Shown in pieces: positions 27,725 through 37,673 of a stretch of DNA of 64,000 bases. Numbering within the stretch: position 1 is the stretch's first letter; each line of letters opens with the position of its first letter. The position numbers and the translations under genes were made by a program. The stretch lies in assembly GCA_035577025.1 (NCBI GenBank), contig DATLVU010000045.1:3727-67726 (forward strand), read 5' to 3'. This DNA is from Gemmatimonadales bacterium. Its GTDB lineage: Bacteria; Gemmatimonadota; Gemmatimonadetes; Gemmatimonadales; GWC2-71-9. Below the pieces are notes generated by a model. That model saw nothing but the letters and a program-made list of their open reading frames with translations. It was not told where the DNA came from and did no database searches.

Positions 27725-29212
27725 CTAAAGCGACTTCAGGAATGCCACCAGGTCGGCCTGCTCCTGCTGCGTGAGCCTCATCTGGAAGCGCAGGTTATAG
27801 AAGCCCACCACTTCGTTCAGGCTCGCGCCCGCGCCGTTGTGGAAATACGGTGCGCGCGCCGCCAAGCCCCGCAGGATCGGGCCCTTGATCCGTTCCACGT
27901 CGCTGCAGTTCCCGGTGATCAGCGCGCGGCCCGGATCCGTTGTGAAAATGGCGGGGCTCCCGCCGCATGAGATCTGAAAGACCGGCAGTTCCGGCATGCT
28001 CAACTGCGCCAGGGCCGCGCGGATGTTGGGGTCCTGCTCGTACTGGAGCGCATGGCTCGTCCCGATGTCGAGCGGCACCGGCAGCGAGTGGTTACCGACG
28101 TTCGGCGAGTCGTGGCAGGTCGTGCACGTGCCGTTGATCACCGGTAGGTTGAGAGCATCGTTCAGCCCACGGACGCTCGTGATCGAGAGCGGATGCGTAT
28201 CGAAGATCTCCTCGCCGCGAGCGACTGCCGTCCGCGCTTGGGTGTATGTGCTCCGGTCGGAGCTGGGCAGGTTGAGCCATGGCCCGTAAATCGTGAACGC
28301 CGACGGGTCGAACGGTGTCCCGGCCGGATTGCCGCCCAGCGGGTCGTTGATGCCGGGGAAGAACGGCTGGCTCGCCAGCTCGAACGGCCCACCGTTGGCA
28401 CCCTGCGCCTCGAGGATGCCCGCCGCCTGGTCGGAGCGCTGCGACGTGAACAGGGCCAGCTCGAAGTCCACGATCGCGGAGACCTGCGCGCTCGTCGGCG
28501 CGACGGCCGCCTGCGCGTGGCCGAGCGTCGCGTCCATCGCCTGATGGGTGAGACTGGCGCGGAGGTTCGCCGCGTGGGTCGCAGGATTGTTGAGCGGGGC
28601 GACCGTCTCCCGCCCGTCGAACATCACGGTGCTCAAGAAGGCGAGGTTCGTGGCCGGCAGGGGGCGCCGATACATCGAGGCCGTCAGGCCGTTCACCGGA
28701 TCGTCGACGAGGGCGCAGTTGTAAGGATCGTGGACCGCGGTGATCGTGAACTGAGCGGTCTTGGGCACCGTCAATCCGATGCGAATCAGCCCGTTGTTGA
28801 GCAGCAGGCTGTGGGCACCAGGCCCGCTCCCCGGAGCGGCGGTTGGACAGTTGGCCCCGTCAACGGAAGCAAACAGCGGGTCCGTCCCGCCGCTGCTAGT
28901 GAACCGGGCTTGGGCGTTGGCGGCCGAGAAGCTCAGGGCATTCTCGACCAGGTGGCAGGTGGCACAGCTCCGGCCGTTCGTGCCCAGGGACTGGAAGAAC
29001 GGGTTCCCCAGGTCGATCGACCCGTTCGTGCTGTAGGTGGCGACAGTCCCGCTAGGGTCGGCTGCGGGAAACAGGTTGCCGACCGCCGCGGCGGCATCGA
29101 GGGAAAGCTCGCGGGGAGCCTGCACGGGGGTCGGCTCGCAGGCGGCGAACACCAACGCCGCGGCCGCGAGAATGGCCCGGCGCGGGGAGCCGGGGATCGT
29201 CCTGGTAAACAT
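27725..29212 (-). CDS. di-haem cytochrome c lipoprotein (CCP/MauG/DUF1111-like)
   Basis: Lipobox VFAAC and two CXXCH motifs (CATCH, CTTCH). The C-terminus LTQQEQADLVAFLKSL is typical of these peroxidase-like proteins. Confidence 0.7.
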   Translation of the reverse strand: MFTRTIPGSPRRAILAAAALVFAACEPTPVQAPRELSLDAAAAVGNLFPAADPSGTVATYSTNGSIDLGNPFFQSLGTNGRSCATCHLVENALSFSAANAQARFTSSGGTDPLFASVDGANCPTAAPGSGPGAHSLLLNNGLIRIGLTVPKTAQFTITAVHDPYNCALVDDPVNGLTASMYRRPLPATNLAFLSTVMFDGRETVAPLNNPATHAANLRASLTHQAMDATLGHAQAAVAPTSAQVSAIVDFELALFTSQRSDQAAGILEAQGANGGPFELASQPFFPGINDPLGGNPAGTPFDPSAFTIYGPWLNLPSSDRSTYTQARTAVARGEEIFDTHPLSITSVRGLNDALNLPVINGTCTTCHDSPNVGNHSLPVPLDIGTSHALQYEQDPNIRAALAQLSMPELPVFQISCGGSPAIFTTDPGRALITGNCSDVERIKGPILRGLAARAPYFHNGAGASLNEVVGFYNLRFQMRLTQQEQADLVAFLKSL

Positions 29213-29290
29213 CGATGTGCTCCTGCCTGAAGGTTGCCTTCAGGAGGTATATCGGAATCGGGTCCCCAATCCCGACATGGGGGGCCCTGG

Positions 29291-31975
29291 CTAGCGCGTG
29301 GCCAGGGACTTGAGGAGGGTGTGAGCCTCGACGGTGAACGGGTGGCCGGGCCCGAAGCCCACGGCGAGGGCTCGCACCGCGGCCGCCACGGCGCCGCGGG
29401 CTCCGGCAGTGTCGCCGGTGGCGAGAAGGGCCTGGGCCTCGAGCAGCCGCGCGTGGCCGACCCATCCGCTGCGCTCCGCGGCGAGGGAATCGACCGTGGC
29501 GAACGTCGCGGCGGCGCGGGCATACTCGAGGGCCGTGGCCGGCTGGCCGAGATCGAGCGCGGTCCGAGCCACGAGGAGTACCACCGGCCGGAGCCGCGTC
29601 CGTCGCTTGCCCTCGTAATATCCGTTGGAGCGCAAGGCGGTGAGCAGGCTGGCCTGGGCATCCGCCGCGTGTCCATTCGCCAGCGAAAGGATCCCGGCCA
29701 GTATTGTCGTGTCCGGTACCAGGTCGTCGGTGCTCTTCACCTTAGGATAGGCGCGGGCGACCCTGGCGAACCTCGCCGCGCTGGCCCGCGCCCGGGCCAT
29801 CTGGCCGAGCGCGATTTGCGCTCGCGCGAGGCCAAAGAGTCCTCGCCCCTGCCAGAACGGATTCGCCTCGGCATCCGCTCGGGTCACGATCATCGCGAAG
29901 TACTTGCTAGCGGAGTCGGCGTGACGCTCCGTGAGCGCTGTCTCCGCGTAGTGAATCAGGGGTTGCCAGTCGATCCGGCCGTGACGGTCGGCGGCGGCCG
30001 CTCGGATCAGCACGTCGTGCAGCATCCGCTCGGCTTCCGCCGTCTCCCCGAGCCGGACGAGCGAGAGAGCGGCGTCGTGCTCGATGATCATGCGGGAGAG
30101 CATTCCGCCGCGTCCGGTGCTGTCCATGCCCTGCATGGCGCGGGCGAAGGTCGCGAGGGCCTCGCGCGGGTGCCCTCCTTCCTGCAACGCCGACGCCAGG
30201 CCGCTCATGATGCCGAAGTACTCCGCGTCGTGAGTCTGGCCGAGCTGCTGCTTGATCCCCAAGGCGCTCCGAAACGCCGCCACGCCCTGATCGCTGTGCC
30301 CGGTCTCGAACTCCAGGTCACCCCGAGATTGCAGGCATTGGACTTTCACGATCGGGTCCGGCGCCAGGGCCAGGAGCGATTCCGCGACGGCGAGCGTGGA
30401 TCGCGCTTCGTCGTACTTCCCCTCGAGTCGCTGCGCATCCCCGCGGTCACACCGCACCTGCGCCATGAGATCGGGGGCCCCGAGCGCGGTCGCGATCGAG
30501 TCCGCCCTGGTCAGGAGGGTGTCGCGCACGCGCCGGTCCCCGATCTCGCCGTAGCGGTCGGACAGGTCCACGAGCAAGGACACGAGGAACCGCGGATCGC
30601 CGCCCGACTGCCGCAAGAGGAGGTGACGCCCGCGATCCAGGATCTCCCCCATAGTCATCGGCCGGTCGCCGACTTCGGACAAGAGCAGCGTCTGAAACTC
30701 GACCTGGGCGTCGGCTCGCCGGGTCTGGTACCGGGCTTCATCGCGCTGGATGCGGGCCGCCCGGGCCTGCAACGCCGTGACGATGGCGGCGCCGACCAGC
30801 GCGAGCCAGACGGCCGTGCCCGCGAGCACCGCCCCACGGTAGCGGCGGACGAACTTGCCGGCGCGGTACGTCCACGTTGCCCGGCGAGCCGACACCGGCA
30901 TGTGGTTCGCGTATCGCGTGAGGTCTTCGGCCAATGCGGCCGCCGTTCCGTAGCGACGGGCGGGGTCTTTCTCCAGCGCCTTCGCGACGATGTTGTCCAG
31001 GTCGCCGGCCAGGAGCTTGCGGAGCCGATCCAGCGTAACGGCCCGAGACAGCAGAACTGGCTCCACCTCGATGATGGCGAGCGCCCGAGCGGCCGGAGTG
31101 GAGCAGTCTTCGTTCGTCGGGTGGCGCCCCGTGAGCAACCGGTACAGCAGGATGCCGAGCGCGTAGATGTCCGTCGCGGTGGAGATCGGCTCACCGCGGA
31201 TCTGCTCCGGGGCCGCGGAATCGAATGTGAGGTGCCGGTCCTTGGTGACCGTGTCGTCCTCCGGAGCCCGCTCGAGCAGTTTGGCGATGCCGAAGTCGAG
31301 GAGCTTTACCGTGCCGTCCTTGGTCACCAGGATGTTGGACGGCTTCACGTCGCGGTGGACGATCAGATTCGTGTGCGCATGCGCGACGGCCGCGAGCACC
31401 TGCTGGAAGAGCGCGAGGCGGGCCGGCACATCGAGGACGTGTTGATCGCACCACGCATCGATGGGAGCGCCGTCCACGTACTCGAGCACCAGGTAACGCT
31501 GGCCGCTTGAGCTGACCCCGGCGTCGAGCAGCCGGGCGATGTTGGGGTGCGTGAGCCGGGCCAGCACCGTGCCCTCGCGACGGAAGCTCGCCTCGCCCTC
31601 CTCCCCGCCCACGGCGAAGTTCAGGAACTTGATCGCGGCCGTGCCCTCGAAGCGACCATCGCGGCGGCGCGCGAGCCACACCGTGCCCATGCCGCCCTGG
31701 CCGAGGGGGCGTTCCAGCTTCCACGGGCCGAGCACGAGCGCGTCGGGCGAGGCCAGGAGATCGGCGGCGGCCTCCTTGCGCCTAGGATCCAGGAAGCCCT
31801 CGGCGTCGGCCCTGGTTTCACGCGCGAGCAGCCGCTCGAGCTGGGCGGCGACCTCGGGCTGGTCCCGCCGCCGCTCGGCGAGCCACGTGGCGCGGGTCGC
31901 CGGATCGAGGTCCAGCGCCGTGTCGAGGAGCGCGCTCAACGCCTGCCAACTGCTCGGGTCGAGAGGCGTCGTCAT
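29291..31975 (-). CDS. Ser/Thr protein kinase with one TM helix and a long TPR-like C-terminal region
   Basis: GQGGMGTVWLA, AIKFL, HRDVKPSNILV, DFGIAKLL and APEQ, then a TM helix (AVLAGTAVWLALVGAAIVTAL). The ATG overlaps the sigma-factor stop (ATGA). Confidence 0.9.
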   Translation of the reverse strand: MTTPLDPSSWQALSALLDTALDLDPATRATWLAERRRDQPEVAAQLERLLARETRADAEGFLDPRRKEAAADLLASPDALVLGPWKLERPLGQGGMGTVWLARRRDGRFEGTAAIKFLNFAVGGEEGEASFRREGTVLARLTHPNIARLLDAGVSSSGQRYLVLEYVDGAPIDAWCDQHVLDVPARLALFQQVLAAVAHAHTNLIVHRDVKPSNILVTKDGTVKLLDFGIAKLLERAPEDDTVTKDRHLTFDSAAPEQIRGEPISTATDIYALGILLYRLLTGRHPTNEDCSTPAARALAIIEVEPVLLSRAVTLDRLRKLLAGDLDNIVAKALEKDPARRYGTAAALAEDLTRYANHMPVSARRATWTYRAGKFVRRYRGAVLAGTAVWLALVGAAIVTALQARAARIQRDEARYQTRRADAQVEFQTLLLSEVGDRPMTMGEILDRGRHLLLRQSGGDPRFLVSLLVDLSDRYGEIGDRRVRDTLLTRADSIATALGAPDLMAQVRCDRGDAQRLEGKYDEARSTLAVAESLLALAPDPIVKVQCLQSRGDLEFETGHSDQGVAAFRSALGIKQQLGQTHDAEYFGIMSGLASALQEGGHPREALATFARAMQGMDSTGRGGMLSRMIIEHDAALSLVRLGETAEAERMLHDVLIRAAAADRHGRIDWQPLIHYAETALTERHADSASKYFAMIVTRADAEANPFWQGRGLFGLARAQIALGQMARARASAARFARVARAYPKVKSTDDLVPDTTILAGILSLANGHAADAQASLLTALRSNGYYEGKRRTRLRPVVLLVARTALDLGQPATALEYARAAATFATVDSLAAERSGWVGHARLLEAQALLATGDTAGARGAVAAAVRALAVGFGPGHPFTVEAHTLLKSLATR

Positions 31976-32571
31976 TGGCGCAGCTGATGATGGAGGATGA
32001 CGCGTGCCTTGCGCCAGTCTCGTTGCACCGTACGCTCGCTGACCCCGCGCACCGCCGCGATCTCGACGAGCGGTAGTCCGCAGAAGAAATGCAGATCCAC
32101 GAGCTCGGCCAACGCGGGATCGAGCGTGGCGAGCTCGTCCAAGGCCAGGCCCAGCTCACTCAGATCCGCGTTGTCGGAGCCCTGGGGCGGGGGGACATCC
32201 ACGTTGCTGAGGGGCAGGAGCTGGAACTCCCCTCCTCGCTTGGTCGCGGATCGGCGTCGCGCGTAGTCGATGATCAAGCCCCGCATTGCGCGCGACGCGT
32301 ACGAGAGGAAGCGGGGGCGATCGGGGAAGCGGAGCTCCTGATTGTTGCTGAGGCTCAGGTAGGCCTCGTGCAGCAGCGTCGTCGTGCTGAGCGTGCATCC
32401 GAACGGGAGGCCACGCAGGCGCCGCTGTGCCAGGGCGTGCAGCTCGTGATAAAGGGCCGCGAAGAGCTGCTCGGGGGAGCCGCTCGCTCGCAGGTCGGCG
32501 TTGGGCTCGGGGGAATCCGGCACAGCGGCGCCTGGCGGCTCTCCCACGTGACGATGCGGTGGAGTGGCCAT
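31972..32571 (-). CDS. ECF sigma factor of the kinase-linked type
   Basis: Start at MATPPH (32571). LLHEAYLSL is region 2. LVDLHFFCGLPLVEIAAVRGVSERTVQRDWRKAR is region 4. Confidence 0.85.
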   Translation of the reverse strand: MATPPHRHVGEPPGAAVPDSPEPNADLRASGSPEQLFAALYHELHALAQRRLRGLPFGCTLSTTTLLHEAYLSLSNNQELRFPDRPRFLSYASRAMRGLIIDYARRRSATKRGGEFQLLPLSNVDVPPPQGSDNADLSELGLALDELATLDPALAELVDLHFFCGLPLVEIAAVRGVSERTVQRDWRKARVILHHQLRQ

Positions 32572-32797
32572 TCGATCGTTGCGGCGGCGCAACTTACGGG
32601 CCACGGTGACGGTGCAGGTTAAAGCATGAGAAGCGGTTACGCCAGTTGGCCGAAGCCAGCGCTGTAGGCAGACTTCGACAAAACTGACGAGTTTCATCGC
32701 CAGGGCTTCATGCTGCAACGGGGACCACGTGCGCGTCACCGGGCTCCCGCACCGTCCCAAATCGGGCTATCTCATCCCCGGACTCTAGGTGCACACG

Positions 32798-33085
32798 ATG
32801 ACCGCAACCTGCACGCATCTCGACCAGGTGAAGGACGTGAAGCCGCGCACGCCGGACGGCTGCGAGGAGTGCTTGAAAATGGGCAGCTGGTGGGTCCACC
32901 TGCGGCTCTGCCTCGCCTGCGGGCACGTCGGCTGCTGCGACCAGTCACCCAACAAGCACGCCACCAAACACTACCACGGCTCGCATCACGCGATCATCCG
33001 GAGCTTCGAGCCGGGCGAGGACTGGGGCTGGTGCTATGTGGACGAGCTGATGATGGAGCCCGCCCCGACGGCGAAGCGTCGATGA
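32798..33085 (+). CDS. UBP-type zinc-finger protein
   Basis: CTHL..C.EC...W.HLR.CL.CGHVGCCD.S.NKHATKHY...HH. An alternative GTG start lies at 32789. Confidence 0.8.
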   Translation: MTATCTHLDQVKDVKPRTPDGCEECLKMGSWWVHLRLCLACGHVGCCDQSPNKHATKHYHGSHHAIIRSFEPGEDWGWCYVDELMMEPAPTAKRR

Positions 33086-34005
33086 CGGGCGACGTCTGGC
33101 CGGCACTGCCACTGGACGCGTGGCGGGACACGTACGCCACGCTCCACATGTGGACGCAGATCGTCGGAAAAACGCGTCTCGGGCTCGCGCCGATGCAGAA
33201 CCACTGGTGGCAAGTGGCGCTGTACGTCACGCCGCGCGGCTTGACCACCTCGGCGATGCCGTGCGGCACGCGCACGCTAGCGGTGGATTTCGACTTCCTC
33301 GACCACGAGCTGAATGTGCGAACGAGCGACGGCGCGACCCGCTCGATTCCTCTGGTCGCGCAGTCAGTGGCCGATTTCCACGCGGCGTACCGGGCGACGC
33401 TCCATTCGCTCGCGGTGGACGTGCGCATCATGCCGCGCCCCGTCGAGGTAGTGACGGCGATTCCGTTCCCGCAGGACCGCGAGCACGCCGCGTATGAAGC
33501 GGATGCGGCGCAGCGGTGCTGGCGGGTCCTGGTCCAGGCCGATCGGGTACTCCAGGAATTCCGGGGCCGCTTCATCGGCAAGTCGAGTCCGGTGCATTTC
33601 TTCTGGGGGGGGTTCGATCTCGCCGCGACGCGCTTCTCAGGACGGCGGGCGCCGGCGCACCCGGGCGGCGTCCCGAACTGCCCCAACTACGTCATGGCCG
33701 AGGCGTATTCACACGAGTGCGCGAGCTGCGGGTTCTGGCCGGGGAGCCTCCTGGGGCCGGGCCCTTTTCACGAGCCCGCGTTCTACGCCTATGCCTATCC
33801 CCAACCCGAGGGATTCGCGGATCGCCCCGTCCGGCCGGACGGCGCGTATTACCATCGGGACTTAGGCGAGTTCATCCTGCCGTACGACGTGGTGCGCCGC
33901 GCCCCCTCCCCCGACGAGGCCGTACTCGCCTTCGTGCAGTCGGCGTACGAGGCCGCCGCGGATCTCGGGCACTGGGACCGCGCCGCGCTCGAGCGGCCCA
34001 GGTAG
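33082..34005 (+). CDS. DUF5996-like protein
   Basis: ATGA overlap with the upstream stop. It has WRDTYATLHMWTQIVGK.RL...NHWW and HFFWGGFDLA. Confidence 0.7.
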   Translation: MTGDVWPALPLDAWRDTYATLHMWTQIVGKTRLGLAPMQNHWWQVALYVTPRGLTTSAMPCGTRTLAVDFDFLDHELNVRTSDGATRSIPLVAQSVADFHAAYRATLHSLAVDVRIMPRPVEVVTAIPFPQDREHAAYEADAAQRCWRVLVQADRVLQEFRGRFIGKSSPVHFFWGGFDLAATRFSGRRAPAHPGGVPNCPNYVMAEAYSHECASCGFWPGSLLGPGPFHEPAFYAYAYPQPEGFADRPVRPDGAYYHRDLGEFILPYDVVRRAPSPDEAVLAFVQSAYEAAADLGHWDRAALERPR

Positions 34006-34011
34006 CGGCGG

Positions 34012-34545
34012 ATGCCCACCCCCCGCACCACCCTCACCGCCCCGGTCGGTCGCGGCGATCATGCGTTCGGACCCCCCGACGCTCGCGTGACGCTCGTCGA
34101 GTACGGCGATTTCGAGTGCCCGTTCTGCGGCCGGGCCTATCCGGAGCTCAAGCGGGTCCTGAAGGAGTTCGGTCCCAAAGTTCGGTTCGTGTTCCGGCAT
34201 TTTCCCCTGGTCGAAGAGCACCCGCACGCCCAGCACGCGGCCGAGGTCGCTGAGGCGGCCGCCGCGCAGGGCAAGTTCTGGGAGATGCACGATCTCCTGT
34301 ATCAGCGGCAGCAGGCGCTCGAGGACGACGACCTGCTGAAGTACGCGAAGGAGCTCGGCCTGGACGTGCCGCGGGTCCAGCGTGAGCTGACGTCTCACGC
34401 GCACGCGGCGCGGGTGGAACGCGACGTGGTGAGCGGGGCGCAAAGCGGTGTGAGCGGGACGCCCAGGTTCTTCATCAACGGCCGGCCGCACGAGGAGCCG
34501 GGGGATGCCCGGACGCTCGCCGTGGCGCTCAAGCGCGCGCTCTAG
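34012..34545 (+). CDS. DsbA-family thioredoxin-fold oxidoreductase
   Basis: VEYGDFECPFCG active site and GVSGTPRFFING. Confidence 0.85.
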   Translation: MPTPRTTLTAPVGRGDHAFGPPDARVTLVEYGDFECPFCGRAYPELKRVLKEFGPKVRFVFRHFPLVEEHPHAQHAAEVAEAAAAQGKFWEMHDLLYQRQQALEDDDLLKYAKELGLDVPRVQRELTSHAHAARVERDVVSGAQSGVSGTPRFFINGRPHEEPGDARTLAVALKRAL

Positions 34546-34552
34546 CGCGCCG

Positions 34553-36253
34553 TCAGGTCGACTCCTTGCGCGCCTTTTTCCCCTTCCGTTCCCGCTGCGT
34601 TCCTAAGCGGGCGGCGATCACCCGGTCGCGTCCCGCGTTCTTTGCCTCGTACATCGCGGCGTCGGCGCTCGCGATGAGCTCCTCGGGTGTGTCGCCATGG
34701 GCAGGATACTCCGCGGCACCGACGCTCACGGTCATCGGTCCCCCATCGAACGCCTCCGACGCGACGCGGGCCCGAATCCGCTCCGCCACGATGAGGGCCG
34801 TGCTAAGCGGCGCCTCGATGAGCATCACCACGAACTCCTCGCCCCCGTAGCGCGCCACACTGTCGACCCCGCGCGTGGTCCGGCGCAGGATCTCGGCAAT
34901 CGTCACGAGCGCGGCGTCGCCGGCGAGGTGACCGTGGGTGTCGTTGTACTGCTTGAAGTGATCCACATCCGCGAGGAGCACGGAGAACGTCCGGCGCAGC
35001 CGTCGCGACCGCTGCACCTCGTTCGCGAGCGTTCCCATCAGGTGACGCCGGTTGTACAACCCGGTGAGCGCGTCCGTCACCGAGAGCCGCTCCAACTCTC
35101 CCTGGCTCTCCTTCTCCCGAACACGGGTGACGAGGTTCTTGAACACCTGGGACAACATGCCGATTTCCCCACTGCCCCCTACCGGGACCTCGACCGAGAG
35201 ATCCCCCGCCGCCACCTTCTCCACAACGGTCGTCAGGCGCCTGAGCGGTCGCACGATGACCAGCGCGATGAGCCCCGTGATGGCACCGATCGCCGCGAGG
35301 AGGAGCACGAGCGAGGCCACGGTCCCGCCCCCCAGCCCCCCTGCCTCTTGAAGGGCGCTACTCGGCATCTCCACCACCGCCGCCCAGTGGAGCGCTGGCA
35401 GCCGTCGTTGGGTCGCGACCACCTCTTGGCCGTCCGCTCGCTTGTAGGTGACCGCCACGCCTTCCTTATCAAGCAGGGCTTGGGTGGCGGCAGGTGGAAG
35501 CTTGGTCCGCATCAGCTCCGCCGAGCTCTGCCCGGGCGTGAGGATCAGGCGACCCTGGTCGGTGATCACGTACACGTCGTGGGCCTGGGTGGCGGCCCCC
35601 CCCCCGCCACCGTCACCTGCGGAGAGCCGCTCGAGCACATCCCCCACGGCGCGCAAGTTGATCTTCGCGGTGAGGGCGCCGAGGAACCGTCCATCCGCGT
35701 CGCGAACCGGGACGGCCAGCGTGACCGCGGCCTTCGCGATGCCGGTGTCCCAGTACGCGTCGCCGATGAGCGCCTCGCCGGTCCGCAGGCCGTTCAGTTT
35801 GTCGAGCGAAAACTGGACCCCGCTCATTCGGCCGCCGCTTCCCGCCACGACGTGGCCGCGGGCGTCGAGCACCACGAGGGCCTCGCAATCCGCTGAGCGC
35901 TCGCGCACGGAGTTCAGGTAGTCGCGCAGGCGGATGAGCGCGGCGGGACCGGCCCGCCCCTGGACGCGAGTGAGGTTCTCCGAGACGGTGTACGAGCTCG
36001 CCGCCACGTGCAGGTTGTACAGCCGCTCGTCGAGCCACTGCCCGACCTCCCAGGCGGCCTCGGCGCTCACGCCACGCAGCTCGCGGGCGACGCGATCGCT
36101 CCTGGAGCCGCCGCCCTGGCGCGAGGCGACCACGAGGATCACGAGGGCCGGCACCACGGCGGCCGCCACCCCCAGCACCAGGACTTGTCTGCTGATGCTG
36201 TCCAAATGCAACGCGCGCAGCCGGCTGGCGACGGTTTCTTGCCAGGCAATCAC
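34553..36253 (-). CDS. sensor diguanylate cyclase (periplasmic Cache-like domain, HAMP, GGDEF)
   Basis: Two TM helices flank a sensor domain of about 270 aa. It has DALTGLYNRR, RYGGEEFVVML and an intact RxxD-like site. Confidence 0.9.
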   Translation of the reverse strand: MIAWQETVASRLRALHLDSISRQVLVLGVAAAVVPALVILVVASRQGGGSRSDRVARELRGVSAEAAWEVGQWLDERLYNLHVAASSYTVSENLTRVQGRAGPAALIRLRDYLNSVRERSADCEALVVLDARGHVVAGSGGRMSGVQFSLDKLNGLRTGEALIGDAYWDTGIAKAAVTLAVPVRDADGRFLGALTAKINLRAVGDVLERLSAGDGGGGGAATQAHDVYVITDQGRLILTPGQSSAELMRTKLPPAATQALLDKEGVAVTYKRADGQEVVATQRRLPALHWAAVVEMPSSALQEAGGLGGGTVASLVLLLAAIGAITGLIALVIVRPLRRLTTVVEKVAAGDLSVEVPVGGSGEIGMLSQVFKNLVTRVREKESQGELERLSVTDALTGLYNRRHLMGTLANEVQRSRRLRRTFSVLLADVDHFKQYNDTHGHLAGDAALVTIAEILRRTTRGVDSVARYGGEEFVVMLIEAPLSTALIVAERIRARVASEAFDGGPMTVSVGAAEYPAHGDTPEELIASADAAMYEAKNAGRDRVIAARLGTQRERKGKKARKEST

Positions 36254-36321
36254 GACCGATCATCCTTTCGGGATGCCGCAAAATTAGGGTTCCGCCGATT
36301 CCCGCAAGTCCGGGGACCCTT

Positions 36322-37569
36322 TTACGGGGCGACCGCCTCAGCTTTTGGGGCCATGACAGGCTGCCCGCGGGTCACGGACCAGTACAGGGCATAGCAGGTT
36401 GTCGTGAGCGCCGCCGCCGCGAGGAACGCCGCGCCGGGAACGGGCACGGGCGCCGTAGGGGCCGAGAAACGGCCAAAGAGCTGGCTCATGAGCGGTGGCC
36501 CGAGGATCGAGGCGAGCGAGTAGAGGCTCGCAACGGCGCCCTGGAGCTCGCCCTGCCCGTCCGCCATCACTCGGCGCGACATCAACGCATTCGTGGTGGG
36601 CATCACCGTCGCCCCGAAAAACCAGGTCACGAGCCACGCGAATATCATCCAGCTGGCAGTCGCCGTGGCATATCCGAGGTACCCGACGCCCGCGATCGCG
36701 ATGCCGATGAGCGCGGCCCGGCGCTCGCCCAGGCGCGGGACAAGCAACCGCAAGAGGGTCGCCTGGCTGACCGCCATGATGAGCCCCACCAGGGCGAGCG
36801 AAGCCCCGATCATGCCCGACGACCAGCCGAACCGGTACGTCGTGTAGAACGACCACGTCGCGGGCATCACCTGCTGAGCTAGCATCCAGAGAAACAGCGC
36901 GCCCAGGAGCCCCAGGACGACCGGGTACCGCCGCATTTGTGCGAGGGTGCCAAGGGGATTGGCCCGCTTCCAATCGAACGCGCGCCGCTGTCCAGCGCCG
37001 AGCGTCTCCGGTAGCACGGCGACGCCGTACGCGAAATTGAGCAGGCTGAGCCCGGCGGCAGCGAAAAACGGCGCGCGCGGCCCCAGGCCGCCCAGCAGGC
37101 CGCCCAGCGCGGGTCCCACGATGAATCCGACGCCGAACGCCGCGCCGATCAACCCGAAGTTCTGCGCCCGGCGCTCGGGCGGACTCACGTCGGCGACGTA
37201 CGCATAGGCCGGCGTGAACGACGCGCCGGCCATCCCGGAGATGGTGCGCCCGAGGAACAGCCACCCGAGCGTCGGCGCCAGGCCCATGACGAGGTAGTCG
37301 ACGCCGAGCGCGCCCACGGCGTACAAGAGGACGGGGCGGCGCCCGAACCGGTCCGACAGGTTGCCCAGCACCGGGGCGCAGAGGAATTGCATGACCGCGT
37401 ACGTGAACGTGAGCCAGCCGCCGTACATGGCCGCCCGGCTCACGCCCGCTCCCGTAAGGCTCATGAGCAAGGCGGGCAGCACCGGGAGGATCAGCCCGAA
37501 TCCGATCACGTCGAGCAGGACCGTGATCGCGATGAACACGAGCGCGTGTTTGCCGGGGGGCCGGGTCAT
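36322..37569 (-). CDS. MFS transporter (TetA/TCR-like)
   Basis: 12 TM helices and motif A GNLSDRFGRRPVLL. Confidence 0.85.
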   Translation of the reverse strand: MTRPPGKHALVFIAITVLLDVIGFGLILPVLPALLMSLTGAGVSRAAMYGGWLTFTYAVMQFLCAPVLGNLSDRFGRRPVLLYAVGALGVDYLVMGLAPTLGWLFLGRTISGMAGASFTPAYAYVADVSPPERRAQNFGLIGAAFGVGFIVGPALGGLLGGLGPRAPFFAAAGLSLLNFAYGVAVLPETLGAGQRRAFDWKRANPLGTLAQMRRYPVVLGLLGALFLWMLAQQVMPATWSFYTTYRFGWSSGMIGASLALVGLIMAVSQATLLRLLVPRLGERRAALIGIAIAGVGYLGYATATASWMIFAWLVTWFFGATVMPTTNALMSRRVMADGQGELQGAVASLYSLASILGPPLMSQLFGRFSAPTAPVPVPGAAFLAAAALTTTCYALYWSVTRGQPVMAPKAEAVAP

Positions 37570-37673
37570 GGGGCGGCCGTAAGTGTCGCCCGGTGCGACT
37601 GGTCCGGCAATGGCTCTTTGAGCAACCCGGAACCCGATATTGTTATGGTGATCGGAGACCGCCAGGAGGCACC

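Noticed and set aside
32670-32696. A minus-strand GAAAC-N16-AGTCT resembling an ECF-type promoter upstream of the kinase-linked sigma gene.
   Set aside because: It is a single weak match about 100 nt from the start codon, with no second copy upstream of the putative target genes to compare against.
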